This document shows, in pieces, positions 12,101-23,700 of a stretch of DNA of 41,695 nucleotides. The stretch comes from Hyphochytrium catenoides. Its lineage: Eukaryota > Protista > Hyphochytriomycota. A program made the translations under genes and the position numbers. The notes beneath the pieces are model-generated. The model was not told where the DNA came from, made no database searches, and saw nothing but the letters and a program-made list of their open reading frames with translations. The stretch spans positions 1 to 41,695 of the forward strand of contig FLMG01002640.1 of assembly GCA_900088475.1 (NCBI GenBank). The letters run 5' to 3'. How positions within the stretch are numbered: the first letter of the stretch is position 1; each line of letters opens with the position of its first letter.

Positions 12101-12332
12101 AGACTTGATGGTAAGTCTGGAAGCTGGAAGACTCGAGGGAGATGACGCCGAGAGAGAATCATCTTCCTCCTCCCATTGACTCCGGAGGGAATTCTGAATC
12201 TCCTCCATGTGATGCAGCCAATGCTGTATTTGCTTCCCAGGTCGCCCTCGGAAGATTGAGCCGAGGGAGAACTGATTAGAGACAGAAGCTGGTCCTACAG
12301 CCTGGAAAACTCACAAAGCCGCTGAGAGGCAT
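6177..12332 (-). CDS. AGC-group Ser/Thr kinase with N-terminal hydrophobic (TM-like) segments and two C-terminal SnoaL/NTF2-like domains
   Basis: Kinase motifs across exons: LGKGAYGE|VW, YAIKIL, HHPFVVRL, YR|DLK|PENILL, DFG, SIVGTPDYM|APE, DWWSLG, RLG...HPFF. Phase-1 joins (PL|ALDMK, LAQ|DCRLQMPFT) continue into domain 1, ending 'GMAMVEFDPVSGKIKEAVWKWDVLTYMEQLG', and domain 2, ending 'GVAVFSINDAGKISHVTNNWDALSFLRQL'. Stop TAG at 6177-6179. The start (ATG 12332) and the splice near 11421-11580 are less certain. Confidence 0.8.
7099..7169. repeat. Intronic 29-bp tandem repeat, about 2.4 copies
   Basis: atatggctgatgg at 7099, 7128 and 7157, with related intervening sequences (attaactccggagagc / actagcttcggggagc). 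Confidence 0.9.
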
Positions 12333-13169
12333 GATGTCTCGGCCACTTTCAAACGACCGTGAGAATTGCCCTCTGTCTCCACAAGGTCTAGCATTCTTCC
12401 AAGCTAAGCCAGCATTGCGTTTTCCCCACGTTTATAACCTCTACGACGGTCTGACAGACAGCCTTGTTAACAAAAGTATGCTTTCAACCGCTGGGTCCTG
12501 CCATGGCATGAATCTTCTCAGATTCAGGCCGATCTTACAGAGATCTCTGGCTCTTTTTCGCAATAAAATTCTTCCGTACGAGAATCACGAAATTTGGGAA
12601 AGAAGCGGTGGAACGCTGAACTAAAATGCCGGCATCCCTTTTCTTTCTTACAGTATTTGCCGATCACGGTAACTCAACAGCTTGTGGGAGGACCGAGGAC
12701 GGAGAACTGAGCAGGAGATAACTCTAGATAAATTGTACCAGATTACTAACTTTAGTTTTCGAGTGATCATCAATATCGCTGATGGTCAATGGCGGGTAAC
12801 GGCCTTCTTTAGTGATGTTTGTTTTGAGTGTGTGAGATGTTGAGCTCCTTGTCCGGCACTTCAACTTGAAAGCGCAGTTTTGTAGATGGAGCGCAACTTG
12901 GCATGGATGACTTGCTCTGAGCTCTGAGCAGATGGTTGGGAGACAATGACAGATCGACACATACAGGTTATCTACATCACCAGCGCGAGAAGAGCTCCAT
13001 TGGTAGAGTGTTCCATTATCATACAGTAGCATCAGCGCCGTAATCCATTTTAAGGCCACACTTTGCTGCCTTCGCTTGGCTAGTAGTTATCCTTAGCATC
13101 TAACTTGTTCCTTGGTTCAAGCATCTTATATTGACACATACGGCCTCTTTAGAGTTAGAGTCCTGACAC

Positions 13170-14638
13170 ATGAGTTGGTTGCTGCGGAGACACAAAGAAT
13201 CAACTCTCAGCATAGCTGGCATTCAGCGACTCCTCCGCATTCGGGTTGACGTTGGCCAAGGATGGCCTAGCAGATCGGGCATGGCACAATCTCACTCGCT
13301 TACTTCAATGGGCAAACACTCAGAGTGCCCTTCAGGCCTTGGTGGGCCTCAGGATAATGACCCTCGCTTCTTTAGCTATACGCACGCGCTCACAAGAGGA
13401 CTGTCTCCAGCCTTTCTTGACAGCCTGAAGCTCCATCCTCCTCCCGTTCCGATTGATATTGGCCTGGCTCATCAACAGCACGATCAGTACACCCAACTAC
13501 TTCAAAAGTTAGTGCCCAGCTTCTACGAGCTACCTGCAGAAGAGAAGTATCCGGACTGCTGCTTCGTTGAAGACACGGCCATAGTGGTGGGGAACATCGC
13601 AGTCATCACTACCATAGGTGCCCAAAGCCGGCAAGGCGAGGAGGTACGATAGCGGACAAGGCTTGTTGGAATCATGAACCTGACATTAATGTTGCCCTGG
13701 CTAATGTATCTGCCTGTCAGGCAGCAACGAAAGCAGCTCTTCAGCGGTTCTCCTCCTTAAAGACTCACCATCTCTTGGCCCCAGCCACGTTAGACGGAGG
13801 GGATGTCCTGTACCTGGATCATGATCTCTTCGTTGGTCTATCAAAAAGGACCAACCAGGACGCAGTCACACAGCTTCGGCGCATCTTCGATGATAAAGGT
13901 GAAATCGTAGCGTCGTACATGACTAGGAAAACTCTCCTAGTGGGTCTCCTTCCTGTCATTCAATTGGTTGTCCGGGCCGTCTGTCACCCTGCATCTTAAT
14001 GTTCGCCACATGGAGCTGAGCAGTCACAGTGTCTTTCGCCTCCTACTAGGTATCACTGTTCACCCCGTGCAAGTGGGCGGATCACTTCACCTTAAATCTG
14101 TCATGAGTGCTCTGGACCTAAATACCATTATAGTAGCTGACACAGAGGTGAGACTGCTCCGAAGAAAGTACGCAGTTATCCCTGCAACGATGCTGCCTGC
14201 GCGATGGGAGATACTTCGTCTTTCTTCACTGCCGGGTTCATCGTACCCAAGAAACGCTTATACTAAGTGTTGGAGGTGATTCTGACGATTGGTCTATAGG
14301 CTGGCAAGAATGTTGAAGAGCAGCTAAGGAAAGCGAGGCCACATTTGCAGTTTTTGAGAGTCCCTGACGTGGAAGCTTCAAACGTACTGCGCATTGGCAC
14401 CAACCTGGTGATTCAAGTTAGTACAATGCATCATCCTTCAATGCTGCGTGTCTTAGCGAATAATCCTATAACTTTCTTGCTACTTACTACTCAGGATGGC
14501 TTCCCAGAGAGCGAGGAAATTTTGTGCAAAGCGGCAAGAGAAAGGGGACTGCGGGTGTCGAAGCTGAAGATGTCAGAATTTATCAAGGCCGACGGCGCTC
14601 TTACATGCTGCAGCATTCTATTCTCCGCAGAAGAGTAG
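13170..14638 (+). CDS. DDAH: N(G),N(G)-dimethylarginine dimethylaminohydrolase (amidinotransferase superfamily), 5 exons
   Basis: Motifs 'YTHALTRG', 'LAHQQHDQY', 'YPDCCFVEDTA', 'SRQGE', 'LDGGDVL', 'FVGLSKRTN', 'LHLKS' and 'MSEFIKADGALTCCS'. The Asp-His-Cys triad is intact and the introns are canonical. Confidence 0.95.
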
Positions 14639-14669
14639 TACAAGTAGAACCTACGCAGTAATAAAAGAC

Positions 14670-14727
14670 NNNNNNNNNNNNNNNNNNNNNNNNNNNNNNN
14701 NNNNNNNNNNNNNNNNNNNNNNNNNNN
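14670..14727. other. Assembly gap (N run) in intergenic/3' UTR region
   Basis: 58 N. Confidence 1.
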
Positions 14728-15044
14728 TTGGTTTTTCAACTTCCTGTTATAGTTCTTTCACAGTTGAAACACCAACATTTGCTGTACACGCTGATCCCTG
14801 ATCTCCAATGATCATCAGAGACCAACATCAAGGAAGATGACCGGAGAATGGCTCTTGTGTCCGCCCCAGAGATTTCCAGCACTCCGCCCAAGAGACCATT
14901 ATCCCGCGTGTGCAGCTTGGCGCAGAGCCGTCTTCATACTAGGGTAAAGAAGACGACCGCAAGTGGACAAAGCGGGCGGCGAAGCTTCAGAAGGACATCT
15001 TGACCAGAAAGAACGGAGGCATAGTCAAGGACCTCAATGATAAG

Positions 15045-17371
15045 ATGGTGTCTGGGGGCGAGACGAATAAGAATACATATCTTGGGCAATACGTGTCCGC
15101 CAAGGGCGCGGAGAATCTGAAGCTTTATCAGTACTCGGGAGCTGATAATTCACCTATATACAAGCATGTTCTTAGCCCTTTGGCCCAGTTCCTTGTGGAC
15201 AAGTTCGTTCCGCCTCATGTGGCCCCAAACCTGGTAGGCCGGTCTGCACAACTGTCACGTTTGAGCCACTTCTGATACTGTCATCTACGATCTCTCCATG
15301 CAGATTACTCTATCGGGTTTACTTATAGTCTCCACATCCCACTTGCTCTTCCTATACTATTGCCCTCGACTTGAAGGGGAGGCGCCAACATGGGCTTATG
15401 TGTGGGCTGGGCTANNNNNNNNNNNNNNNNNNNNNNNNNNNNNNNNNNNNNNNNNNNNNNNNNGCAAAACTGGATCGTCTTCACCTCTTGGCTTGCTATT
15501 TGACCATGGTAGGACGCTTCCTCCCGAGAGAGGGTAATTCCGGCAGGACTAAGAGCTGACATCCTCCGCCCTCGACCTACTTGCTCCTTTCTCTTCTGTT
15601 TGTCTCAATTCGCTACGTGCTGGTAGGCTGTGATGCGCTGACTGTCATCATCTCAACTGTTACACACTCCGCCACACTTCAACTGGGGCCCAACTGGACC
15701 TCTAAGGTGTTGGTGGGCTTTGGGACCCTGGTGTTTTACTTCGCAACCTGGGAAGAGTAAGGACATATTGGTCACTGTTTGTTCAGACACCCTGCATGCT
15801 GCTGTTCTCCTGTTGTGGCTTCCTCTCTGTCACGTAATGTCGCATCTGCCTTATTGCCTTGGGCATTTCCCTGTCTCCATCCTCCTCAAATTCCCCTTTA
15901 CCCATATTCTGCCCTTTAGTCGACCTTATCAGACTCCTGACTTGCCTCATCAGGTACTATACTGGGACGTTGGAGCTCCCAGCCATCAATGGTCCGTCGG
16001 AGGGCATCCTTATAGGAGTCTTTGTACAATTTCTCACGGCTTTAGTAGGTCAGTGACCTTGCAGTCTTCAGTTACGACTTTTTTGGCTTCTTTGTTGTTC
16101 TAATACTAATTGTCCATGCCACTTGCTCGTCAGGTCCTCAGTTTTGGCTGCAAGAGAGTCTAGGCCTTCGCCATAACACTTGGTTTGTTATTGTCACGGG
16201 CGCCGCTGCGGTGCCCACAATCTGGTCTAAGTAAGGCTGTTCTGATGGCTTTGTGTCTCACTTCCAGCTCTCCTCTTGGGCTTTCGCTCCACATGGATCT
16301 TGCTTCAGAATCCGGTGGCTCTTTTCCTAACTGGAGTCCCTAAGCCCTCTATTCCTGGGTTCTAGCATGGGAGGGCTTCTTCCACGAAAGTTTCTTACTT
16401 CGTCCTCCTTAGCATTCACAACGTGTACAAGTCAGTGAAAAGGAACAGAGAGAGTCTTTTCATTGCTATAAGTCGCCTGATACCTTTCATGCTTCTTAAC
16501 GTGCTGGTCATCATCTGGATTATGACCTCACCGGCAGGTAGGTTGGTGCTAGGGTGATAGCTGTACCAGATGACTTATTCATACCGCTGGTCTTCGCCCT
16601 TCTCTTTACTGTCGCTCCTGAAAGATATAATGGATTCTCATCCTCGCCTGGTGCTTTGGACGGTTGGACTCCTTAACTCAAAGCTAGTGGTGAGTCTATA
16701 CTTCTAAGTCTGACGACTATTGTGTGCAATAATTCCTGCCATCTGCAATAACGTTTGGCCCATAGTAGTTTGCATCCTAAACAGTACTAGGAGCTTCTCA
16801 CAGCACTCACTTTTCTCTTCATTAGCCACCTTTATCTAAGTGATAGTTATCCTAATCTCGCTGCCTGACTCTGCACTTTGGACCACTTCCGCTATCTTCT
16901 TTACCTTTGTTATCCTCGGTAACACGGTATGGATCTCGATATCTCACCTGCGTCCAATAGTTGCACCTGATGCTTGCCCACCTTATGATTGAGGAGTATC
17001 ATCCCTTCCGGAAAACCCTAGTTCCTATCTTCTTCATAGCTGCGCACACAGCATACAGTGCTTTTTTGGGGTGAGTGAAAGTGTAGTGTTGTTGGCTGTC
17101 CAGTCACTTTGAGCTGTGAGAGTTCTGTTCCCTACCGGGGCCTCAGAATGCTCTTCGTGATGGCCCCTGCTCTTCTACGAGCGATGCTAACCAAGGTTCT
17201 TCCTGTATCTGCAGCAAGTACCATATGGTGGATGAGGAGATGATCTTGTACGAGTTCTTTTTCATCTCCTCCCTCTCCTATGCCCACCTCGCCATCAGCG
17301 TTATCTGGGAAGTGTCAGCAGTATTAGACATTCCTATACTGACAATGCCAAAGAGAGCGAAGAGTAGTTAG
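15045..17371 (+). CDS. Choline/ethanolaminephosphotransferase (CDP-alcohol phosphatidyltransferase; CEPT/AAPT family), 9 exons
   Basis: Motifs 'NLKLYQYSGADNSPIYKHVL', 'APNL|ITLSG', 'KTGSSSPLGLLFDH|GCD' and 'FATWEE|YYTGTLELPAINGPSEG'. Multiple TM segments; stop TAG at 17369-17371. Confidence 0.95.
15415..15463. other. Assembly gap inside CEPT exon 2, covering the first half of the CDP-alcohol transferase motif
   Basis: 49 N plus 2 nt equals 17 codons and preserves the frame. The missing segment should include the DxxDGxxAR motif. Confidence 0.95.
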
Positions 17372-17978
17372 GACAATACCATCAAGTTCCAAGTATTCAT
17401 AGAAACGGTAGTTTTGCGCACAGAGATACACACACACAAGGGCAGAGACTGGAGACCCAAGACAGAAAGTGGCGAATGGGAAACACCTAGCTCATGATCT
17501 GATGATTGGAGGCGATCTGATGTACTTATATCACTTAGCAAGCAACAGCAATAACATAGCTATGGCAGATCAAGTGGGTCACTTTCGATCTGCTTGCCTT
17601 CCAACATGTCATCTCGTCGCCGTACCCTCTCTACTTCGCCTAACCTATCCCTTATCACTCCTGAGCAGTGCTAACTAGCATTGAAGCTCTAGATGGAGTG
17701 GAATACTCTATGGGGCAGCTAGTGGCAAATAAATCAATCAACCTTACACTTGTTTACGGTATCGTCCATGTCAGTGAGAGACTATAACGGGTCGGCTCTG
17801 CTCTGCCGAAAAGCTCTCCGCCGCTCCTGGCGCAGGCAGCAAGGAGGCAGCTTCCTCCATGCCAATCAGGAGACAGGCTGGCTCAACGGTACGGAGAAGA
17901 AAGCAAACAGAATTCGTCAGCGAGGAGGAGCTTTTTGGAAGACGGCTCGGTAAAGACAGACAGGAGCCCTGGAGGAAT

Positions 17979-19982
17979 CTACCGACGCTTACCTGCCAGA
18001 GGTGCAACCCAGATTTTCATTACATCCCATACAGCAGCTCGATCCGGCCGCTGGGCGCCAACCCAAAGCCTCTGACCCTCTGCTTTGAAGGCCAAGAAAA
18101 GTGGCGGCACGTGGGGGATCTTCCAAGCTCCGGGAGGTAACTTGCTCATGATCTCGCTAAAATAAGCCAAACAGAAGGTCAAAACGTGAACACAAATGGG
18201 CAATCTATATCCCTAGAACTCTAAAAGCAGGATGTGGGAAAAGTTGCTGAACTCTGTGACCAGTGCTCTTGGTTCCACCTTCAGATACAATAGAAAGGCT
18301 AAGTGAATTGGTACTCACGAGATAGAGACCGCAAGGAATAAAGAGGAATCAAGAAGGAAATTGAGGACAGTTTCCTCGTTAGCATTCCTTCGTGCATGCG
18401 CCATCGCGCGAGCCAGCATGAGGTAAGTCTCAAGGCGCGAGAGGGAAGCTGTATCAAAGTCGGGGGTATTATCAGGAAGGTATTCTCTCAAGTTCGATTG
18501 AATCCTTTTGAAGGCCCTGAAGATGGAAGGTAGAAAATTTCTAGTGAGATGAAGGAGTGGCCAAGCAGAAGTGACCAACGTACAATGTCCAGTCGCTGTA
18601 GAGTTTTCTATGTGCAGGTTCTAGTTGGATGGCAGCGACGAGTTGCCTCATATCAGCTCGCAAATCACTTCTCATCATTCTACAGTCCGCATCGTAAAGT
18701 TGAAGCGCAGCGTTATCCGGTCGAGACCGCAAGTCACTCATTAGGTTCAATGCCTGTTCATCTCAGAGTCAGCATTCCACTGTTAATAGAGCTCCTAAGG
18801 TCTCCACTTTTAGGTGGTCCCACTTACTTGGTTACGTTTCTGCTGAGAGACTATAAGGGCTCCCTGCTCCTGCTCCTTTGCATTTGCTCCTTCATTGAGG
18901 GATGTCTTCACAAATCTGCCTTTAACTCGAGGACGTTGATGTGCCAAAGACTGCCGTATCCCGTACTTTACAGCCTGCTTGCCGAGCGTTGCCATCCTCT
19001 GTAGGTAGAACCGTCAGAGCTCCACCCAAGAACTTCCCCTTTTGTGGCTGACCACGCCAGTATGGATAGCGTCCACTTCCTCCCTGCTGATACTCTATAA
19101 TTGACCGTACGCTGGCCCAACAACCCCCATCTATCCATGAAAATCCCGGTGTGCATCACCTTAGCTCTCTTGTCAAGATATCTTGTGATCCTTTGACGAC
19201 GAGATCGCGGAGTATAGGCACCCACCCTCGTCACGGAAGGTGCAGGCAATTCTAATGGTGAAGGTATTGTTTCCTGGCAACCCTTTGTTGGAGTTGGAAA
19301 TTGAAAGATGCTGGGGAGGATGCACGACGTGGGATGGAGTGCAGGCGTTAGTCAATAATACGAGAGGTTAAATTTGACGATGACACTACAACCTGCTGGG
19401 GCTAGTTTCTGAGAGTTCTTCCCCTTTGGCAACAACCGATGGATTGGGCTCTAGCATTGCGTTGATAGCTCCTAGGAAGAGGTCAATAGAGTTCCGAGCC
19501 TCCTCTTCTTCCTATTTAGGCAAGTGTTTAAGAGGTAAAAGGTTAAATCCAAGAACTAGGGACAGATGAAGTATGTGGCGAAAATTTTTATGATGCCACA
19601 TTAGGCAGGCATACAGGTCAAGGGGCTCCGTTGCGGCGCATTCTCTAGCATAATGGCGAGCATCTTACCTCCATAACCTCTACCGCAGGCTCATCGTTGG
19701 CTCGTATGTCTATTCTGCTGGAGCTATCTTTCACTAAGAGCTTCTTTTGGTCTTTATGAACGACAAAAGTCTTACAAAGCTGTTCGGGTAACATAAGAAG
19801 AGGGAAGGCTTGGTACCTTTTTCGTTCTTCGTGGCAATTGGGGTCCTTCCATGCTTCATTTGGGTCCCGCTTGCCTGCAACTCTGCAGCTTTTAGTAGCT
19901 TTGGGAATAGAGCTCCTGGGTCTGCAGCAGTCTGCGTTTCACTTTCAGGTCTCCTTCTTCTGCGAGTCCCTGGTGTCGCCAT
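17979..19982 (-). CDS. CCT-motif protein with the CCT motif located centrally and a C-terminal helical extension
   Basis: Spliced CCT motif: VGAYTPRSRRQRITRYLDKRAK|RMATLGKQAVKYGIRQSLAHQRPRVKGRFVK. Phase-consistent exons continue (ALNLMSDLR..., AFKRIQSNL..., EIMSKLPPGAW...). The 3' end is uncertain: either the stop at 17979 or a further splice at the gtaagc donor near 17990. Confidence 0.8.
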
Positions 19983-20652
19983 GAGAACTAGCGGCTGAGC
20001 CAAGAAAATACTCCTTTATCAGCTCTTAGCAAGCCGAGAGCTGCAAAGAGGGTGGCACTTCCACGGAGAAGAACAGCAGCGTCATAGGCAAAAGCTGCAC
20101 AAGGCAAGAGGTGCCGAGGCAAGAGCTGCAGCTTCCACAGGCAAGAGCTGGAGTGGCAGATTCTGATGGCTGCGGCAGTCGGTGCTCGTCATAAACCCAG
20201 CCCTAGGCCTGCTAGGTTGTGCCTTTCTCAACCCTCTTTCTCTCTCTTTATACCTCTCTCTGTCTCATTCCACTTGATAAGAAAGATTACCAGAGTGCCA
20301 AGGGCCGTGCGTCCATCGCCGCTTGGGATCAGAATCACGCTCCCTCCCAAGGCAGATGCGTCACATTCTTTGGTGGTAGGCTTTCAATTCAGTGTTGTAA
20401 TGCTTAACTTGGAGGGCCTGCCCGGACAAAACATGTCAAGGGACAAGTGCCTCCACTGGCTCTTCAATGAACTGTACACCTGAGACAGCCGGTACCGGCT
20501 AGGATCGAAGCGTGTTCAAGCTGCAAGAACAGCTTTGGAGTTGAAGTTTGTTCAAAACTCATTTGATCTGATTCTGGGGGAGCTCTGCATATTTAACAGA
20601 CACCAGATTGCGTGATGAATGAGAGAGGAGAAACCAAATCCGTTTCACCATC

Positions 20653-20687
20653 ATTCTCGCGCCAAATCGTAAATCGATTCTCGCGCC
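20653..20687. promoter_or_regulatory. Duplicated ATTCTCGCGCC motif including an E2F-like GCGCCAAA in the CCT/HORMAD divergent promoter
   Basis: 11-bp direct repeat at 20653 and 20677. GCGCCAAA at 20659-20666 is the reverse complement of the E2F consensus TTTGGCGC. Confidence 0.45.
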
Positions 20688-20797
20688 CACGCAATTACGC
20701 TCAAACACTTTAATCCGAGCACAATTCAACTGAAAAAGGCTACTTAGGGCTTTCTGAACTTCTGCTCAGGACTACGGGCGCCTTCAAGGACAGCAGC

Positions 20798-23700
20798 ATG
20801 TCTGTCAAAAACGATGGCCGTGCGGCGCCGCTAATTCTGCTTTGGCTGCCGCTTCCGAAAGAATGCAAAGTGCGACTGGGCCTAATATTCAAATACGGAG
20901 TACAAAGCTTTAGGGCTAAACTTGATTTTCTATCAAGCGCATAGTTCTAGAGGCATAGCTGTGCGTGTAGTGGAAGAGTGACGGTATCAGATCAACAGGA
21001 CGCTCAAGTTATGAAAGACACCGCGGTGAGTTCACTTCATTGAGAATTTATTGGTGGCGTGCGCCAAAGTGTCTGAGCGGCAACAATGTGAAGGTGGCAG
21101 AAGAATTTATTGAGGCGGCACTGTCCCACATCCTTCGAAAGCGAAAGCTCTTGCCTGAGAGGCTCTTCAAAGAAAAATGTTACGCAGGTTCTTTTGCATA
21201 GATTATGTCTCTACAAGCAGACCTGTCACCAATACTACTCGTTGCTCCTATCCTCCTACAAAGGTGTTGGAGAGACCCCAGGGCTGACGTTGGCAATGCT
21301 TCAAACGGGAAAGGAGTCCGCGACGTTGAAGGACGCGGGAGGGGAGCACCAACAGGGAGTATGTTTGACAGCAGATCAGACCACGCTTAACTTCAAATAT
21401 CTCGCGGAGGCTAGGTTTATCACCGAGGTATGGTCTTGAAATAGTCCTCTGAATGGCTTCTTTCCGACCGCGTAGTAATCGCCAACAATGCAATCGCTTA
21501 TTTGCTACCTTAGGCATTTTTACCTGGTATTACAGGCTCAATGCGAACTGGGACGTTAAGGAAGATTGCTCTTCAAGTCCTGACGATGGACGATGTACTC
21601 GTTGAGGAGCTAACGCTTCGGTAAGACTATCATTCAAGAAGTTAGCCCAGACAGAAGTGGCATCTAACATTTTGTGTTTCTTTGACTACTGCTGGCAGTT
21701 TTAGCAGCGACGAGCTTGATGGAGACAACGAAACTTCTGCTGCCAAAAGAGAAAACTCTAGGGCGACCTTCCTCTCGGCACTGCAGAAAGTCAAGAGGCA
21801 AGTGGACGTTCTGACGGCCACGTTGGAGGTACGAACGCGTCAGTCGCTACCTCAGCCTTCACGGGTCAAAACATTCGCTCTTGTACTGCCAGGATGCTCC
21901 TAGGACAAGATACCTTCTAATGAAACTAACTCTGAAAGATGAATCTCCGTCGGAGGTACTAGAAATAAGGTTTTGGTCGTAACTGCGGCAGCTATCTTTT
22001 CGCAATTTTAAGTTAGTTGGGCACTCCAGGCTTTCATCCTTGGCACTCCTTATCTATCAATATTCCTCATGGAACCTACCTTCTGCAAATTCTTTCTCGG
22101 ACTTGGGGGTTGGGTCTATTGCAGGTGACAACATCTATGAAACGAGCAAGACACGAGAAAGAAGTGATTGGAAGCGCGACCTTAGCTCCTTATCTCCGTC
22201 CATTTGCTTCAGCTGCCAGACCTCAGGATACTGGCTTCGAAAGATCCCAACCCTCCTCTTCGAACAAGCTCGTCGTGTGTGATCTTGGACTTGTTAGCGT
22301 AGAAGGCGTCAGAATAAGCCTCAGCCTTCGCTCAACATGCGACGCATTCTCTTTGGCGGAAGCAGCTCTGGCTCCTGTGCATTCACTGGTTGTTGTCGAA
22401 GAAGAGGAAGTTGTTACAAAGGAGTTACAGGCACATGAACCCGGAAAGGAAGATCGACCATTTGGTAGCGCCAAGAGTTAAACTCCTCCAATTAGCTTCC
22501 ATGCGACCATTCTGTGCTTTCGACTTCCTTCTTTCTTTATCTTTGTACCAATGATCCAATGCTCTGTGATGACCTTGACATCAGTGCTTTCGATATTCCT
22601 CGTGTCTCATGCTTGTACCAGCAATCAAAACTCTGTGATGATCCTAACCTCTTCTACACAGTAACTACCCGGAAGAACTCTCCCAGCAAAGCTGGTGTTA
22701 ACAGTGACAGACCAGAAAAAGAAGACGTTGTCCAACCTGGCTCTCAAGCATCTCGGTCAGATGGGTCTCCTAGGCGATCACAACGCCTTTCACACCTCCG
22801 ACAAGCTGAGCAGACGCAGAGGGAGGAACAGTCTGAACACAACACAGCAAACCATGACGCAAAAAAAGATGCCAACGAGAAGGTTAGAGCGGCTGTCGGC
22901 TCTTCACGTCGAAGGCAAAAGCCATTGATGTACAAGATCACAGGAGTGGGCAAGGGCAAACAGAAGGTTATAACGAATCTCAAGCAAGCTTCATCGTCAT
23001 CTGTCCGTATGTTAACGTTTGTGTTAGGCACGGCCAGAACCTGCCAGGAAGAAGAAAGAAGCGCATGGTCCTCCTGCGCCCACCTCACCTGTCGGTCCTT
23101 TGGGAAACAAGAAGCCACCTAATGAAGCGAAGGATATGTCTAGCATGAAGCAGACGCCTTCAAAAGCGCAGGTTATCAAGGTTATCCTCACATTTGATTC
23201 TCCTACTGTTAAGGTGAAAGCATGAACTATGAATTGGCTCTTTCTGCGGCCTCTGCCTGACCCTATAGTCTCCGACATCTACAGAATGTATGCAAGGAAC
23301 TTCCTGGTGCTCCGTATAAGTACGTCTGGAAGTGTTTCGACGATCTATGGCGTGACGGAAAACTGGAGAAGAGGCGAAATGGGGAGTATGTAAACCCTAA
23401 CAAGGTTAAGGAAACGCACATATTAGATGTCGTGAACAAAAAGCCTAGAACAGATATCCCCCGGCATCCACCGGTAAGCATCCAGAGCCAGAGTCTTGAT
23501 CTTATTGCTTACAATCTGTGTACGAGAGGGAAATGGGATAGACCATTGAGTTGAGGACAAGTCAAACGTAACAATTTATTCTTCCTGAATCAGGTTTCAG
23601 AGCAACCTCAAAAGGATGCTAAGAAAGACACCCCAGAATCATTGCTGCGTCCAAACCCAGACAAAGGTACGTTGGAGCTACTTCTAAATTGCTTTTCTCC

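Noticed and set aside
12331-13059. ORFs in the kinase/DDAH divergent intergenic region
   Set aside because: No recognisable motifs or splice support; likely promoter or UTR sequence.
17859-19004. Plus-strand ORFs 17859-18140 and 18549-19004
   Set aside because: They are antisense shadows of the CCT gene exons with no independent motifs.
20798-22500. Mad2/Rev7 or bacterial CBASS-type HORMA assignment
   Set aside because: The long C-terminal region with a wHTH-like segment and closure motif, and the intron-rich context, fit the meiotic Hop1/ASY1 class better.
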